Assembly (NCBI RefSeq): GCF_011386835.1
Contig: NC_088797.1
Coordinates: 32,550,001 to 32,614,000, forward strand
Reading direction: 5' to 3'
DNA from: Chrysemys picta bellii
Lineage: Eukaryota
Length of the DNA stretch: 64,000 nucleotides
In this document: positions 1-11,907 of the stretch, piece after piece
How the letters are laid out: every line of letters begins with the position of its first letter
How positions within the stretch are numbered: position 1 is the first letter of the stretch
Position numbers and translations under genes: made by a program
The notes under the pieces: generated by a model
The model's database searches: none
The model's input: the letters and a program-made list of their open reading frames with translations, nothing else
Told to the model about the DNA's origin: nothing

Positions 1-447
1 TCAAGTTGAATATGATTCAAGGCTGTGATGCTGTTGCAAAAACAGCAAATGTCACGTGGGATGTAGTAACAGGAGCATTGTATGTAAGACACAGGCTGTA
101 ATTGTACTTGCTGTACTTGAGGTGAGGCCTCAACTGGAGCCCTGTGTTGTTTTGGGCACCACACTTACATGCAAAAGGTTGTTATAAAGATTAGTTGTTA
201 TCCATGTCCACATAGAGTAGGAAGAGAAGTAAGTGGATTAGATTGCAGCATGGGAGATTCAAGTTAGACTTTCTAACCCCAACAATAGGTAAGGACTAGA
301 ACACGTTACACTGGGAGCAGGCAGAATCCCCTTATTGGATAGACACCTGGCAGGGATAGTCAAGGTATACTTGATCCTGCCTCAGTGCAGGGGGATGGAC
401 CAGATCACCTTTGGGGTCCCTTCCAGTCCTACGTTGCTATGTTTCTA
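1..447 (+). mobile_element. CR1 3' fragment
   Basis: GTGAGGCCTCAACTGGAG...GGGTCCCTTCCAGTCCTAC CR1 ORF2 end and tail. Confidence 0.8.
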
Positions 448-746
448 TAAACCGCGCAAAGGGAAACAACAGGAGGGAGAGAAGGGATAGGAAAAGGGAT
501 GATATGGAGAAATACAGAGAGGCAGTTGCACATGGCAGCTTGCAAAGGCAAAAGCTCTTGCGCCCACATCCAGGAAAGACAGAGGAGGAGCTAGTGCTAG
601 ATGGGAGGGGAAGTTCAGACCCTGCAAGTAACAAGGCCCCAGGGAAGTCGTACATGACATGGGGTCTCTGAAATTGAGGCCAATAGAGGGGAGCCAACCC
701 CAGAGCTTGCAATGAGCAGCAGAGACATGATCAGATCATGGTATGT

Positions 747-752
747 TTTATT
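747..752 (-). terminator. Probable VPS51 polyadenylation signal (AATAAA on -)
   Basis: Plus-strand tttatt about 255 nt downstream of the VPS51 stop. Confidence 0.6.
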
Positions 753-1007
753 CAGCACATTCCCCTCCCTGCCCAATAAGATCCAGGCTAGCAGCAGTGA
801 GAATGTTCACAGGGCGTTCACAGGGCATTACCCCCAACCCCCCAATATGTTCACAGGCCATTCTCCGCCATGCTCTCAGGCACCCCTCACAACCATCTGG
901 TGTGGGAAAGATATGGTGAAACGGATGAGTCTGAGGGGGACACGTGTCCACTCCCCGCATAGGAGCAAGCCAGCGTCTGCCTCAAGGCTGGGCTGACTCC
1001 CCTCATA

Positions 1008-4000
1008 TCAGCCCCTCTCACAGATGACCTCAATGACACTCTGCTCCATGGGCACAGGGTCCAGGCAGCGGTGGGCTGTGCTGCCCACGATTTCATCTAG
1101 CAGGAAGTGCACCAGGTTCTCATCGCAGACAAAGCGCCACAGGTAGAGCTGTAGATAGTAGCAGTCCACCTGGATCTGCTGCAGGCCGTAGCGCCCGAAG
1201 GTCCGCAGCCGCACGCACTCCAGGAAGGTCTTCAGGCTGATCTTGATGATGCCGGTCAGGACGGAGACCTGGGGGGTGGGTGGGGAGGTCATTCAAGCAC
1301 TGTCCCCTATGGGCTTGGAGGACACAGAGGGGAAGAATCACCCCCAGAACTCCCTATGTGGCAGAAGTCTCTTGTGGAGGAATGAGGCCAGGTCTGGGCT
1401 GCACCCCCAGCCGGAGGGGCAAGGGGGTCAGTGGCAGCTAGGGAACAGGGAAGTGTGAGTGAACATGGAGTGGGTGTGTGACAGCTCTGGAGGGAAGGGT
1501 CCCCAGAGGACGGGGGAGGTGTGTGGGGAGCTCTGTTTCTCCTTTAATGCACTGGTGGTGGGGGGGGGGGGGGGGCACTGAAGATTAATAGAGCCTAAGG
1601 CCAGAAGAGACCACTGTGATCAGATGGAGTGAGTGTTGGGAGTTGTGTCCCTGCTCTGATGTACTGGGGGGGAGGGGAGGGGGAGAACTAGAGGACAAGC
1701 TGAGTTTAGGGGGCTCTGATCTGTGGGGGGCTCTCCCCCACCCCCAGGGTGGCAGCTCTGCTCACCTTGTTGAACTCCACGGGGCTGAAGATGTCGATGC
1801 GCTCAGAGAACAGCTTCTGAATGTTACTCAGGAGGTTAGTGTCCAGGGGGGCACTGCACGGGGAGGGGTGGGGGGAGAGGCAGAGACAAGGGGTTACACA
1901 CTCACCAGCAGCCAGGAACCCCATTGCACAGCAGGGGATTGGATCTGGGCAGCCCTCCTCACCTGAGGCTGCGCCTGGGAGTGAAACACTGGGTCAAAGC
2001 CCCCCCTCCTCGGGGGTGCAGGTAGGAGCAGGCCCACCTGCCTTCGTGCAGGCCACTCACCCCAACATGTAGCTAGGACGGTAGACATCTCACTGCAGCT
2101 CTGCCAGTGCCCCTCACTTCTGACCTGCAGCCCCCTGCTATCCCAGCCCTGCAGGTGCCCCTCACCTCTGACCTGCAGCCCCCTGCTATCCCAGCCCTGC
2201 AGGTGCCCCTCACCTCTGACCTGCAGCCCCCTGCTATCTCAGCCCTGCTGGTGCCCCTCACTTCTGACCTGCAGCCCCCTGCTTTTCCAGCCCTGCACTC
2301 CCCCCGACAGTGCCCCTCAGTCCTGACCCACTCCACACCCTCTTGCAGCCCCCTGACCTGGGTGTGTAGCTGGGTGCATAGCGGCTCTGCTGCCGAGAGC
2401 TGCTGTACACAGAGAAGGTCCTCTTGCTGGAGTCGCTGCTCTGGGCTTTGCGGACGCCCTCCTCGTACAGGAGCCCCACCTGCAAGCGGGGAGGCAAGAA
2501 GCCTGGGTGAGCGCGGGGTCCCTGGGGGTACAGGAAGCCCTGGATCCTCCTTTTCCCCACTGACCTGCACGTCGATGGAGGTGGTGTCCTCTACCACCCT
2601 CTTCATGACGGCCCGCACGTTGCGTGGCTCAATGGTGTTGACCCAGTCGCGTGTCTCCACACTCTTGCGCAGCATCTGCGAGATGATCAGCCCCTGCACC
2701 TTCACGTAGTGGTTGAGCAGCCTCTGGGCCGCCTCGCGGGCCTCCGCGCACAGGCTGGTAACTGGGGTGATGGGGGAGTGGTCCTAGAGAGGGAGAACAG
2801 CAGGTCAGTAGTGCCGGACAGGGCATTTTCCCCAACACCCACTAGCTCCACGAAAGGCACTCAGGAGGGACAGGCTGCCCCCACCCTTCCCCACATGTGC
2901 CACCCAGCACCACCAGCTCCATGTGGGGTAGGGGCACTCAAGACGGCATGGGCTGCCCCCATCCTACCCTGCCCAGTGCCATCCATACATTGCTTCCCCC
3001 CAAGCTGCCCCCATCCCTGATGCTCCCCATGTCCCCACTGCCTGCAGGTGGGGATGGAATCTCACACCCACTGAAGGAGTGGGGTGGTCAGATCAGCTGG
3101 GACCTGACAGGAAACCCTGTGGCATGCAGCAGTGCTCAGGGGGTGCATGCCCACTCACTAGATCTCCCACTGCCATCCAGCCTGAATACATATATCCTAT
3201 CCCTTCCCCTGGACAGACGATTCCCCAGCCCTGGGTATCCCAACCCCAGGGAACATCCCCTGGAAATTTGGCTTAGTCACCCCCCCTGGGGCCACCTCCT
3301 AACATGCTCCTCTTTGGGGCTCAAACCCCTCAGATGGAGACTGCCTCCTCCACCCCTGTCTAGGTCCATCCTACTAGCCCTTGATGGGAAAGGAGGCCTT
3401 GGGTATTGAGGGGCTTTGAATTGAACATGGGGTCCCAGGTGGAGAAGCCCCAGAGCCAGACAGACAGGGACGCCCCTCCCCGCATATTGAGGGCCTGGAT
3501 CCCAGATCAGGATCTCGGGGGCGAGGGTGTGTTTCCTCCTTGCTCCCCGGTCCCAGGGGTTGGTGCCTGCCCACCTGCACTAGGAACTGCTCATCGGTCA
3601 AGGTGAGGATGTAGCTGATGGTGGAGGTCTCGTAGTCCAGACAGAGGCGGGAGAGCAGGAGCAGCAGGGCGGGGGGAGTGGAGCCACCCTTGTCCCCTGT
3701 GGTCTCACAGAACTGCCGTGCCGTCTGGCAGATGGACTTGATGAAGCCAACGATCAGGCCCTCGCGGACACCCTGGCTGCAGAACTCACCCTGGGGGATG
3801 AAATGGGGGTGGGGGGTGGGAGGGAGGGTTTAGCACTTCCTCTTGCTGCCCGGTAGAGTGGCTCCTCCTGGAGCCAGGCAGCTATCCTGACACCATCTCC
3901 CCACTCCATGTCTGCTCCCCCCCCTAGATGAGGACTGCCCATGGAATACACCCAGACAACAGACCTGGTGGGGATGTGGGTGGGGATCGAAGGGCACCAG

Positions 4001-7000
4001 CAGAAATGTCATAGTGGGAGGAGTCCTGGGAGCTGTGGGTTGGGATTAGGGAGAAAGATACAGGAAAAAGTTACAGGGACATAGGACTCAAAGGGACCTT
4101 TCTAGGTTACTGAGTCCAAACCCTGCTATCACAAGTAACCAGGCCATATCATCCCGGCCACAAACTCCCTTGTAAAACTAGCTGGGCTCTTTCCCCCCAC
4201 TCCACCTGCTGGGAGGCTGTTCCAGACCCTTCCTCCTCTGATGGGTAGAAACCTTCTCAATTCCAGCCTCAGCTGATTCCTAGACACTTTATCCCCATTT
4301 GTTCTTGTGCCAACACTGTCCTTTAGCTTCAATAGCTCTTTCCCTCCCTGGGGTTTGCCCCTCTGCTGTATGGATAGAAAGCAGTCAGATCCCCTCCTGG
4401 CCTTCGTCTGACCAATCTAAACCAGCCCAGCTCTTTCAGTTTCCTCCCCTAAGATCAGCTCTCCTTTCTCCTCATCAGCCTAGGAACTCTTCTCTGCACA
4501 TAAGCCAGTTTGAAAATCTATCTGATAGATGGGGTTTTCAGTCCACCAGACGAAGGCATAGCAAGATCCAATGGCTGGAAGTTGAAGTTAGACAAATGTA
4601 ACTTTGAAATAAAGCAATTTCCTATCGGGGAGAGTGAATAAACCCTGGAACAGTTCACCAGGGAAGCCATGGGCTGGCCACCGCCTGGAGTCTTTAAAGC
4701 AAAACTAGATCTCTTTCTAAACTAGATCTCTTTCATGCTTTAATCCAGCGTTTGGGGAAAATTCTACAGCCTGGGTGCGTGGGAGAGCACTGGGTGATCA
4801 CAATGGTCCCTTCTGGTTTTAGAATCTCGGGAAGTCCCACATGGTTCCTTAGTTCAGGAGACAAAGCACACAGCTGAATGGTGTATCGACATAAAAAGGC
4901 ACATCTATGGTGTAGTCTCAATTGCACAAAGTCCTTGTGGGGGATGGGACATTCATAAAGGCTGCAGCTCTGAAGCCAGTTATGAAGTCAGGAAGGGCCC
5001 AGCAGCAGTCAGGAAACCCCTGCAGACTGATACAGAACAGTATCTGCATGGAACACATTATTCCAGAGGTCCCCAAACTGGGAGGCGTTCCACTCCAGGG
5101 GGCCATGGAGGAACCTTCAGGGGCGGGGGGCAGCAGAGACCAGACCAGCCCCAGGGTTGGGGAGGGAGCACCACCCAGCCCCTCCCTGCCCGCAGCTCTG
5201 GTCCCGTCCCCAGCCACATTCCCGGCCCTGTGCCTGGCCCTGGCCCCAGCCTGGGGTTGGGGTTGGGGTGGGGCTGGGAGCAGAGCAGAGCCAAGCCGCG
5301 CCTGACTGCGGGCCCGGTTGCCAGCCCCCACCACAGCCCCCTGTGGCTTCACCGCTGCCCCCAGTGCTATTATCCCCCTTATACAGATGGGGAAACCAAG
5401 GCACAGAGTGGCTAAGTGACTTGCCCAAGGTCACAGAGGAAGCCTGTGGCAGAGCAGGAAATTCAGCTTGTCTCCCAAGTCCTAGGCTAGTGCCTGAACC
5501 CCTGGACCATCCTTTTGTGTTTCCTCATCTCTACAAATGGAGCTAATGACAGCGACCGCCCTTATATACAGCTTTGAAGATGTCCTGATGAAAGGGGCTA
5601 GAAGAGCTAGGGATTGCTGAGGGGCATCAGAACTGTTGGAGGAGAAACTGAATATACCTGACTCAACCTCTAACTCCCATGGCTCACAGTCCCCTCCTCC
5701 CCCCCAGGCGGTGTCACCTTGAAGTAGGGCTTGTTGGAGAAGGTGATGTCCTTTGCTGTGAAGAGGTGGACGTAGGTGAGCACCGACTTGATCTGGTTAA
5801 GGACAGAGGCCGAGATGGTGCCCAGCAGCTCAGCCAGGTTGGGGCTCTCCTTGCCTGCCAGGCGTGGGGCAGCTAGCGACTGGCGCACATCTGTCAGACA
5901 GTCCTGGTAGAAGCTCTGCAGGGCCAGCAGGTACTGGCGGATGCGCTCCTTGGCAGCCCGCACCACAATCTCCGTGCCCTCTGCTGCCACATTGGAGGCC
6001 GGCAGCAGCTTGGCCAGGGCTTGTAGGCGCCGGTGGAAGCGGTCCAGGGCCCGCACCAGCAGTGAGTTGTCCCCAACCCCTTTCTCCAACTGGATGCGCC
6101 GCTCCACCAGGGAGAAGTATGTCTCCATGAGGGAGTTGACAAAGGCCACCAGCTTGTCCTGTGCCATGCGAGTGATGCCCTGCACCCCTTCTCGGCTGAC
6201 AAAAAGCTCCTGGTAGGAGGCAATCACCAGGCACATGTTGCTGACAAAGATGTTGCAGCCACGGTCGATGAACTCCAGGACGTCAGTGATAGGGGCACCA
6301 CCTGGCTGCCCCAGCTCTGCTTCTAGGGCCTCCAGCTCAGCCTCCAACCGGCAGCGGGCATGGGAAAGGAACTCGTCACACAGCTCCTCTGCTGGTTCAT
6401 CCAGCTGCAGCAGCAGCTCCACGCATTCAGCCAGGTCCTTTGCCCCAGAGCCCCCGTCCCTATCAAGGAAAGGAGAGGACATTGGAAATGGCAGGGGAGC
6501 TGAGACATGGACCCCCCACTCCCAATGCACCTGCAGCAGGGTTTAAGGGATGGCTATGGGAGTTAACAACAGCATCCAGCTTCTGGACCTGGAATCCAGT
6601 CCATTTGTCTCAATTGGGGTAATAATTCTGAAACCTAATGATAGACCTCAATGTTGCTGATTTCCACCATGCCGTCACTATTTATGTTGACATTAAGTTT
6701 CAGAGTTAACAAACCGACTGAAATGAATGGGGGAAGTTGGTGATTAAGGTAATAGTTAACCTATCATCCTTTAGATCAGACCTTTGCACCCATCTACCCT
6801 GGTATCCCTCCCACTCTGGGTCAGACTAATGTAGCTGTCCCACCTCGCTCTTTGTTCACTCCCCCAACACTGGATCAGATCCAAGGGCCTGTACCTGAAT
6901 TTCTCCCGCAGCTTCTGCGCCAGGTTGGCCATGATCTTCTGGCAGTCGTCCTGGATGCCCTGGAAGGAGGGCATGTGCTGGTACTGGTGCAGGATAGAGC

Positions 7001-9115
7001 GGGCTTTGCTGTAGTAGCGCACTGCCTGTCCATAGGCCTCCAGCTCCACACACTTGGTGAGGCGGGCAGGCAGCTCAAAGAGAAACTGCAGCTTGCGCAG
7101 GAGCGTGTGGACCCCTGGGATCCAGAGAAACCCTGTTAGAGGCAGTGCCAGCATCCCCTAGCACGCACCTCCTCCCTATGCCCTTCTCCAGCTGCTCAGG
7201 CAGGATATGGCCTGGAGCTCTTCATGGACCCTCCTACCACCCCTGCTCTATCCTGATTCTTCTGGTCACTGGGTGGTTTGCTGGGCTGCTCTTCCCCCTC
7301 CATCAGCTGCCATCTTGGCCCTAGATCAGGGAAACCAGGGTAATACTGCCTTCCCTAGCTGTGGAGAAGAGCAGCCACAGCACTGGCCAAGCAGGGGAAT
7401 GAACAGTGCAGCTACAGGGCTCTCCCTCCCAGGCTTCCCTCCACACCTCATTTCTATCCTTGGAAGCCCTAGATCCACTCCTGAGTCCCTGTCTCCTGAG
7501 AAAGGACGTGGCATCTTGGCCCAGCCAAGGCAGAGGACAGCACACCTGCCACCCTCTCCCAAAATCCTCTGCTCTTGAACCTCTCATTGGATTTCCTGTG
7601 TCGAATACAACCGATGAGCTCATCTAGCCTGACATGCCTCCAGACGCCATCCCTACTACCCTGGATCAAACCAATGAGCCTATTCAGCACCGTATCCCTA
7701 CCACCCCAGATCAGACCCTTGGATCTTTTCAGCTGGCTCAGAGGGCGGCTTGTGGCCAGTACCCGAGAGCTTGGTGATCTGCTCATGCTGGTCCTGCAGG
7801 GTGCTGCTGATGCGGGCGCTGAACTCCGTGATGACAGCCATGTTGGCAGCCAGGCAATCCATCTCGTCCTCCATCTTCTTGAAGTCGTTCTTCATCTTGC
7901 GGATTGTGTCTGGGGAGTAGAAGGAGGAAATCAGCCAGGCCCAAAGATTCAGCCCCAATGCTAAGGCCACATCTGGATGACTGGGATCTGGGCAGCCCTG
8001 CATGGTACCTGTGGCTGAGATGAACTTGTTGTAGTTCTCATAGACCAGGGTCTGCATGTCGCTGTCCAGGGCACGGATCTGCTTTACCATGTCAGTCTCA
8101 CAGTCCATAAGCTGGGCTAGTGAGCACTCCTTCCGCAGCTAGGGAGAGTAACAGTGAGTGAGGGGCATAGCCAGGGATGCCAGCTCTGCCAGTGCCCTTC
8201 AATCCCCACCTGTTTCCCCATTATCTCAACCCTGGGCTTAGGCCTACAGTTCTGCCAATTCCCCTCAATACTGATCTGCAGCCCCTTACAATTTCAGGCC
8301 TAAACTATGTGCCCTCCCCAGCTCTGCTGGTGCACCTCAAGCCAACCTGCAGCCCCATCAATCTCAGGCCTGAACTCCCCTATTTTGCTGGTACCCCTCA
8401 ATCATGACCCACAGCCCACCCAATATTGGGGAATGGAGGTGCATGGGAGGGAGCAGAAAGGAGGGCTCCCCAGGGGAGGCAGGCAATAGTCACCGGCAGG
8501 GGTTGCGATATTGAAATGGGTTTGACAGGATGGTTTCCCTGAGAGACAGGCTATAAAGTCGAGCCCTTTTGGGGAGAATCCCCAGGTGCAGTCACTGCTG
8601 TGACAGGGTTCCAGGGAGGGAAGTGTGTGTGGAGAGTGCCACTGCGGGAGCTACCCCACAGGAGTCTGGGTCCCTGGTAGAGGTAAACCAGGGACTTGAG
8701 GGGCAAACCCTAGAGAATCAGTATGGGAGGGGAGGCTCCTCGGGCAGGGCTCGGCAATCCAGGCGTGGGGGGAGTCCGACAGAGGGGTCAGTGTGTGGGG
8801 GGCTCATAGAGGAATATTGGGGGGAGGGCCTTAGTACACAGGGATCCACAGGTTTTGAGGGTCCCCCTGGGTCTGAGCACATCCAGCGTCAGGGAGCACC
8901 TTAGTGAGGAACACTTCCGGGTCGAAGTGCGCCCCATTGATGTCAGTAGGTCCCCCGGGATCCCCTCCTGGGGGCAGGCCGCCCCGAGCCTCCCCCGCCG
9001 GGTCCGGCAGCCCGTAGTAGAGCTTCAGCATCCCGTGCGGCCGCCGCTTCCCGCCCGGCGGCTCCGAGCCGGGCTCGGCCGGCCCCGGCAGGGGACCCCC
9101 CTGGGGAACCGACAT
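1008..9115 (-). CDS. VPS51: Vacuolar protein sorting-associated protein 51 (GARP/EARP tethering subunit), 10 coding exons, 786 aa
   Basis: Exons in transcript order: 9115-8900, 8138-8009, 7909-7763, 7114-6895, 6459-5718, 3790-3575, 2783-2565, 2479-2358, 1853-1766, 1268-1008. All introns are GT-AG with matching phases; total 2361 nt = 787 codons ending TGA. Translation contains [64 protein letters not shown] and [15 protein letters not shown], matching VPS51 as I recall it. Confidence 0.97.
2107..2295. repeat. 48-bp tandem repeat, about 4 copies, in VPS51 intron 8
   Basis: GTGCCCCTCACCTCTGACCTGCAGCCCCCTGCTATCCCAGCCCTGCAG repeated. Confidence 0.9.
4075..4830. mobile_element. Two back-to-back CR1 3' fragments (minus about 4075-4495, plus about 4500-4830)
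   Basis: Both carry the ORF2-terminal NG(W/D)K...WN region, in opposite orientations. Confidence 0.65.
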
Positions 9116-9166
9116 CCTCCCCCGGCCGAGAGCCACACAGGTTTGTTTGGACGGGAAAAAGACACT

Positions 9167-9325
9167 GAGGTCACTTCCGGGATCAGTGACGTTCTGTTGA
9201 GAACACCCCCCCCCCCCCGCCAACGATGATGAGGTCATTTCCGGGATCAGTGAAGTTCTGTTGAGAACATTCATCCCCAATGGCGGTGAGGTCACTTCCG
9301 GAATTGGAAGCGTTCTCTTGATTCA
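9167..9325. promoter_or_regulatory. VPS51 proximal promoter with a triplicated AGGTCA-ETS module
   Basis: GAGGTCA(C/T)TTCCGG at 9167, 9231 and 9288; the first two continue GATCAGTGA(C/A)GTTCTGTTGAGAACA. CpG-rich, 50-200 nt upstream of the VPS51 ATG. Confidence 0.7.
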
Positions 9326-9505
9326 GCAAAGTTCCCCTGTACCGACGCGTCGCCAGTGGGAAGCAGCGACGCGCTGTTTGGCAGACAATAGCCTCTAGCT
9401 CTACAATAAGCCTTTGGCGGCCGGGGGAGGGCAACTGTGACCACGACAAGAAGGTGACATTTTGAAGGTGGCATTGCAACTGAATGATATCTTGCAATGA
9501 GCCAA

Positions 9506-9736
9506 TGACATCACAGGCGCTGCGTGGTTCCCTGAGCCTGTGGCAGTGCCCTGTCATGCTGTGACGTCAGCATGTTAGCATATGACATCATCCAGTTCCA
9601 TGCACATATGAATTAATCAGACATCTACACAGCATTTCCCAGACCATTTTATGATGTCAGCACACAGGCATGATTTTATGACATATCCTGGTCCTTATTT
9701 TACCAAATTACACCTTCAAACTGGTTTGTGACATCA
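9506..9736. promoter_or_regulatory. Cluster of five CRE-like octamers between VPS51 and TMEM262
   Basis: TGACATCA at 9506, 9583 and 9729; TGACGTCA at 9562; TGATGTCA (reverse complement of TGACATCA) at 9652. Confidence 0.55.
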
Positions 9737-9806
9737 TGCTGTTACCGTAGAATGTCTCAATTATTACAATCTATTAGTCTAGTTAATCTGTGCATCCATC
9801 CATAAA

Positions 9807-9930
9807 TAGGGTGACCAGACAGCAAATGTGAAAAATTGGGACAGGATATGGGGGGTAATAGGAGCCTATACAAGAAAAAGACCCTAAAATCAGGACTGTC
9901 CCTATAAAATCGGGACATCTGGTCACCCTA
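9807..9930. mobile_element. hAT MITE (TAGGGTGACC family)
   Basis: TIRs TAGGGTGACCAGA / TCTGGTCACCCTA; flanked by ATCCATAA repeats; same family as 30880-30996. Confidence 0.8.
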
Positions 9931-9939
9931 ATCCATAAA

Positions 9940-10130
9940 TCTAACTATCCCCAGGCACACTCATCATCTAATCTATCCATCCATCCATCCCTTTCCACAC
10001 CCATCTAATGCATCCAACCCATCTACCAGTCTGTGCCCTCACATACCATCTAATCTGTCCAGACATCCATCCATCCATCCCATCCCCATCTAATATTCCC
10101 ATACATGCTCATTTATCCATCTATAATCTA
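9940..10130. repeat. Degenerate (ATCC)n/(ATCT)n microsatellite
   Basis: Repeated ccatccatcc and ctaatct motifs. Confidence 0.7.
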
Positions 10131-10258
10131 TCATGCATGGGGACAATCTAATTTGTTTATTGCTGTGATATCTAAAGTTGGGGGTAAGAGTTCATAATGA
10201 TTCCCCATCCTGAATCCTCTTTTCCCCTCTCCCAGTGTTCCTCCACTCAACCTTCTGC

Positions 10259-10467
10259 CTGGGCCGGCTCCAGACACCAGCTTGCCAAGCAGGTGCTTGG
10301 GGCGGCCACTCTGGAGAGGGGCAGCACCTGCGGCAATTTGGCGGACGGTCCCTCACTCCCGCTCGGAGCGAAGGACCTGCCGCTGAATTGCTGCCACAAA
10401 TCATGACCGCAGCTTTTTTTTTTTTTTTTTTCCGCTTGGGGCGGCAAAAACCCTGGAGCCGGCCCTG
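10259..10467. mobile_element. hAT MITE upstream of TMEM262
   Basis: TIRs CTGGGCCGGCTCCAG / CTGGAGCCGGCCCTG; perfect 8-bp TSD CCTTCTGC. Confidence 0.85.
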
Positions 10468-10698
10468 CCTTCTGCAATCCCTAGCCCCTATGGATGTTCT
10501 GCAAACCCTTCTAGAACTCTCAGTTCTTTATGACCTCAGCAAGGATTCCGAACCACTCCTAGCCTGCAGTGAGGTCACGCCATCACTACAAACAGCCTCC
10601 AGCCTGCCTCCTGGAGCTATTTACTCCCTCCCAGCACCATGGTCAGCATCAAAGTTACCAAGCAGATGGTCCCTACACCTAGCATGGGATGGGGAGGT

Positions 10699-11907
10699 AT
10701 GAGCTGGAAGGACCCCTTTGTCACAGTCACTTTCCCCAGCAAAGTAATCTTCACCAGTGCCTCCCTCCTGCTGCTGCTGGTTCACATGGGTATCTTCGGA
10801 GGAGACCTCTACCACTTCACTGTGACCCAGGAGTTCGATCTCATGAGCTTTCATGGCACCACAGTACTACTGGTAAGGGGAGTCCCCTTGCTCCTTGTGT
10901 CTTGCAGCTTGGCCTAGAGGTTAAGGCACTAGTCAGGTACTTTGGACACCTGCTTTCTACTCCTATCTCTGCCACAGACTCTGTGACCTCAGGCAAGTCA
11001 CCTCATCTCTGAAGTGGAGATAACCCATCCCTACTGGACAGGGATCTACGGGCTCTGGCCACTGTCAGACCTTAGGTTCAATCCAGGTTGGCCATTTCTA
11101 TATCCCTTATACATTTGAATACTGAGGGATGGCTATAGTATGAGGGCTGTGAGGAGGGCAGTATTAGGACTCTTGGGTTCTAATCTCATCTCTGGGCAGG
11201 AGTAGTAAGACATTTAGGAGGGGAGTGGGGTCTAACAGGTTAGCACCGGGGAGTGACAGATCAGGGAAGGGTCCTGACCATCTCCCTGACCATTTGCATT
11301 GGTCTCTGCAGGTATCCCATGTGATGAGCTTTTACTGGGCCTTGCTTGGAACATTTTACACTTTGGAGGCCAATGACAAGGTTCTCAGGGGGTTTGCCCT
11401 GACCTCACTGGGTAAGTAACTCCAGCCAGATGCCTGAACTGATGGGTGTTCACAGCAAGGGCAACAGGGGAAACTCAGATGAGTCTAATCAGTTTAAGTG
11501 GTTGGGGGAAGGAGCAGGAGTCAGGATTACTGGATTCTATCCTCAACTCTAGCTGAGAAGTGTGCTCCACTGGGAGCACCTTCCAAAGCCAGTTTGCATG
11601 GGGTATGGTAGCTGGGATTTAGGTTGCCCAGCTCAGGAGGTTTCTGAGCATGACTCAGAACCACACAGGGGCACAGCCTGGGGACCCGTGTGTGTGAGGG
11701 CGAATGTGTGGACTCAGTTATTCTGGGGAGGACTGCAACTGTTTATCTGCCCCTCTAGTCCAGTCGCAAAGGGAAACTCTGAACCCCATTCCCATCCCCT
11801 TGACCAGGGCTCTGGCTCTATCCCTTCTAGTGATGAACTTCGCCCTCTTCGTGGGCCGCTTCTGCCTGGACTACCTGACTATCGAATACAGGGAGGAGTT
11901 TTACTGA
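10699..11907 (+). CDS. TMEM262: Transmembrane protein 262 / CatSper auxiliary subunit eta, 3 exons, 116 aa
   Basis: Exons 10699-10872, 11312-11411, 11831-11907 (GT-AG, 351 nt). MSWKDPFVTVTFPSKVIFTSASLLLLLVHMGIFGGDLYHF...MSFHGTTVLLVSHVMSFYWALLG...LTIEYREEFY aligns without gaps to human TMEM262 as recalled. Position and opposite orientation between VPS51 and ZFPL1 match human. An in-frame ATG at 10639 could add 20 aa. Confidence 0.9.

Noticed and set aside
2107-2709. 200-aa plus-strand ORF with [16 protein letters not shown] repeats
   Set aside because: 48-bp tandem repeat plus the antisense shadow of VPS51 exons 7-8.
9116-9295. In-frame upstream extension of VPS51
   Set aside because: Starts at GTG, crosses the triplicated promoter module and a poly-G run, and has no similarity to VPS51.
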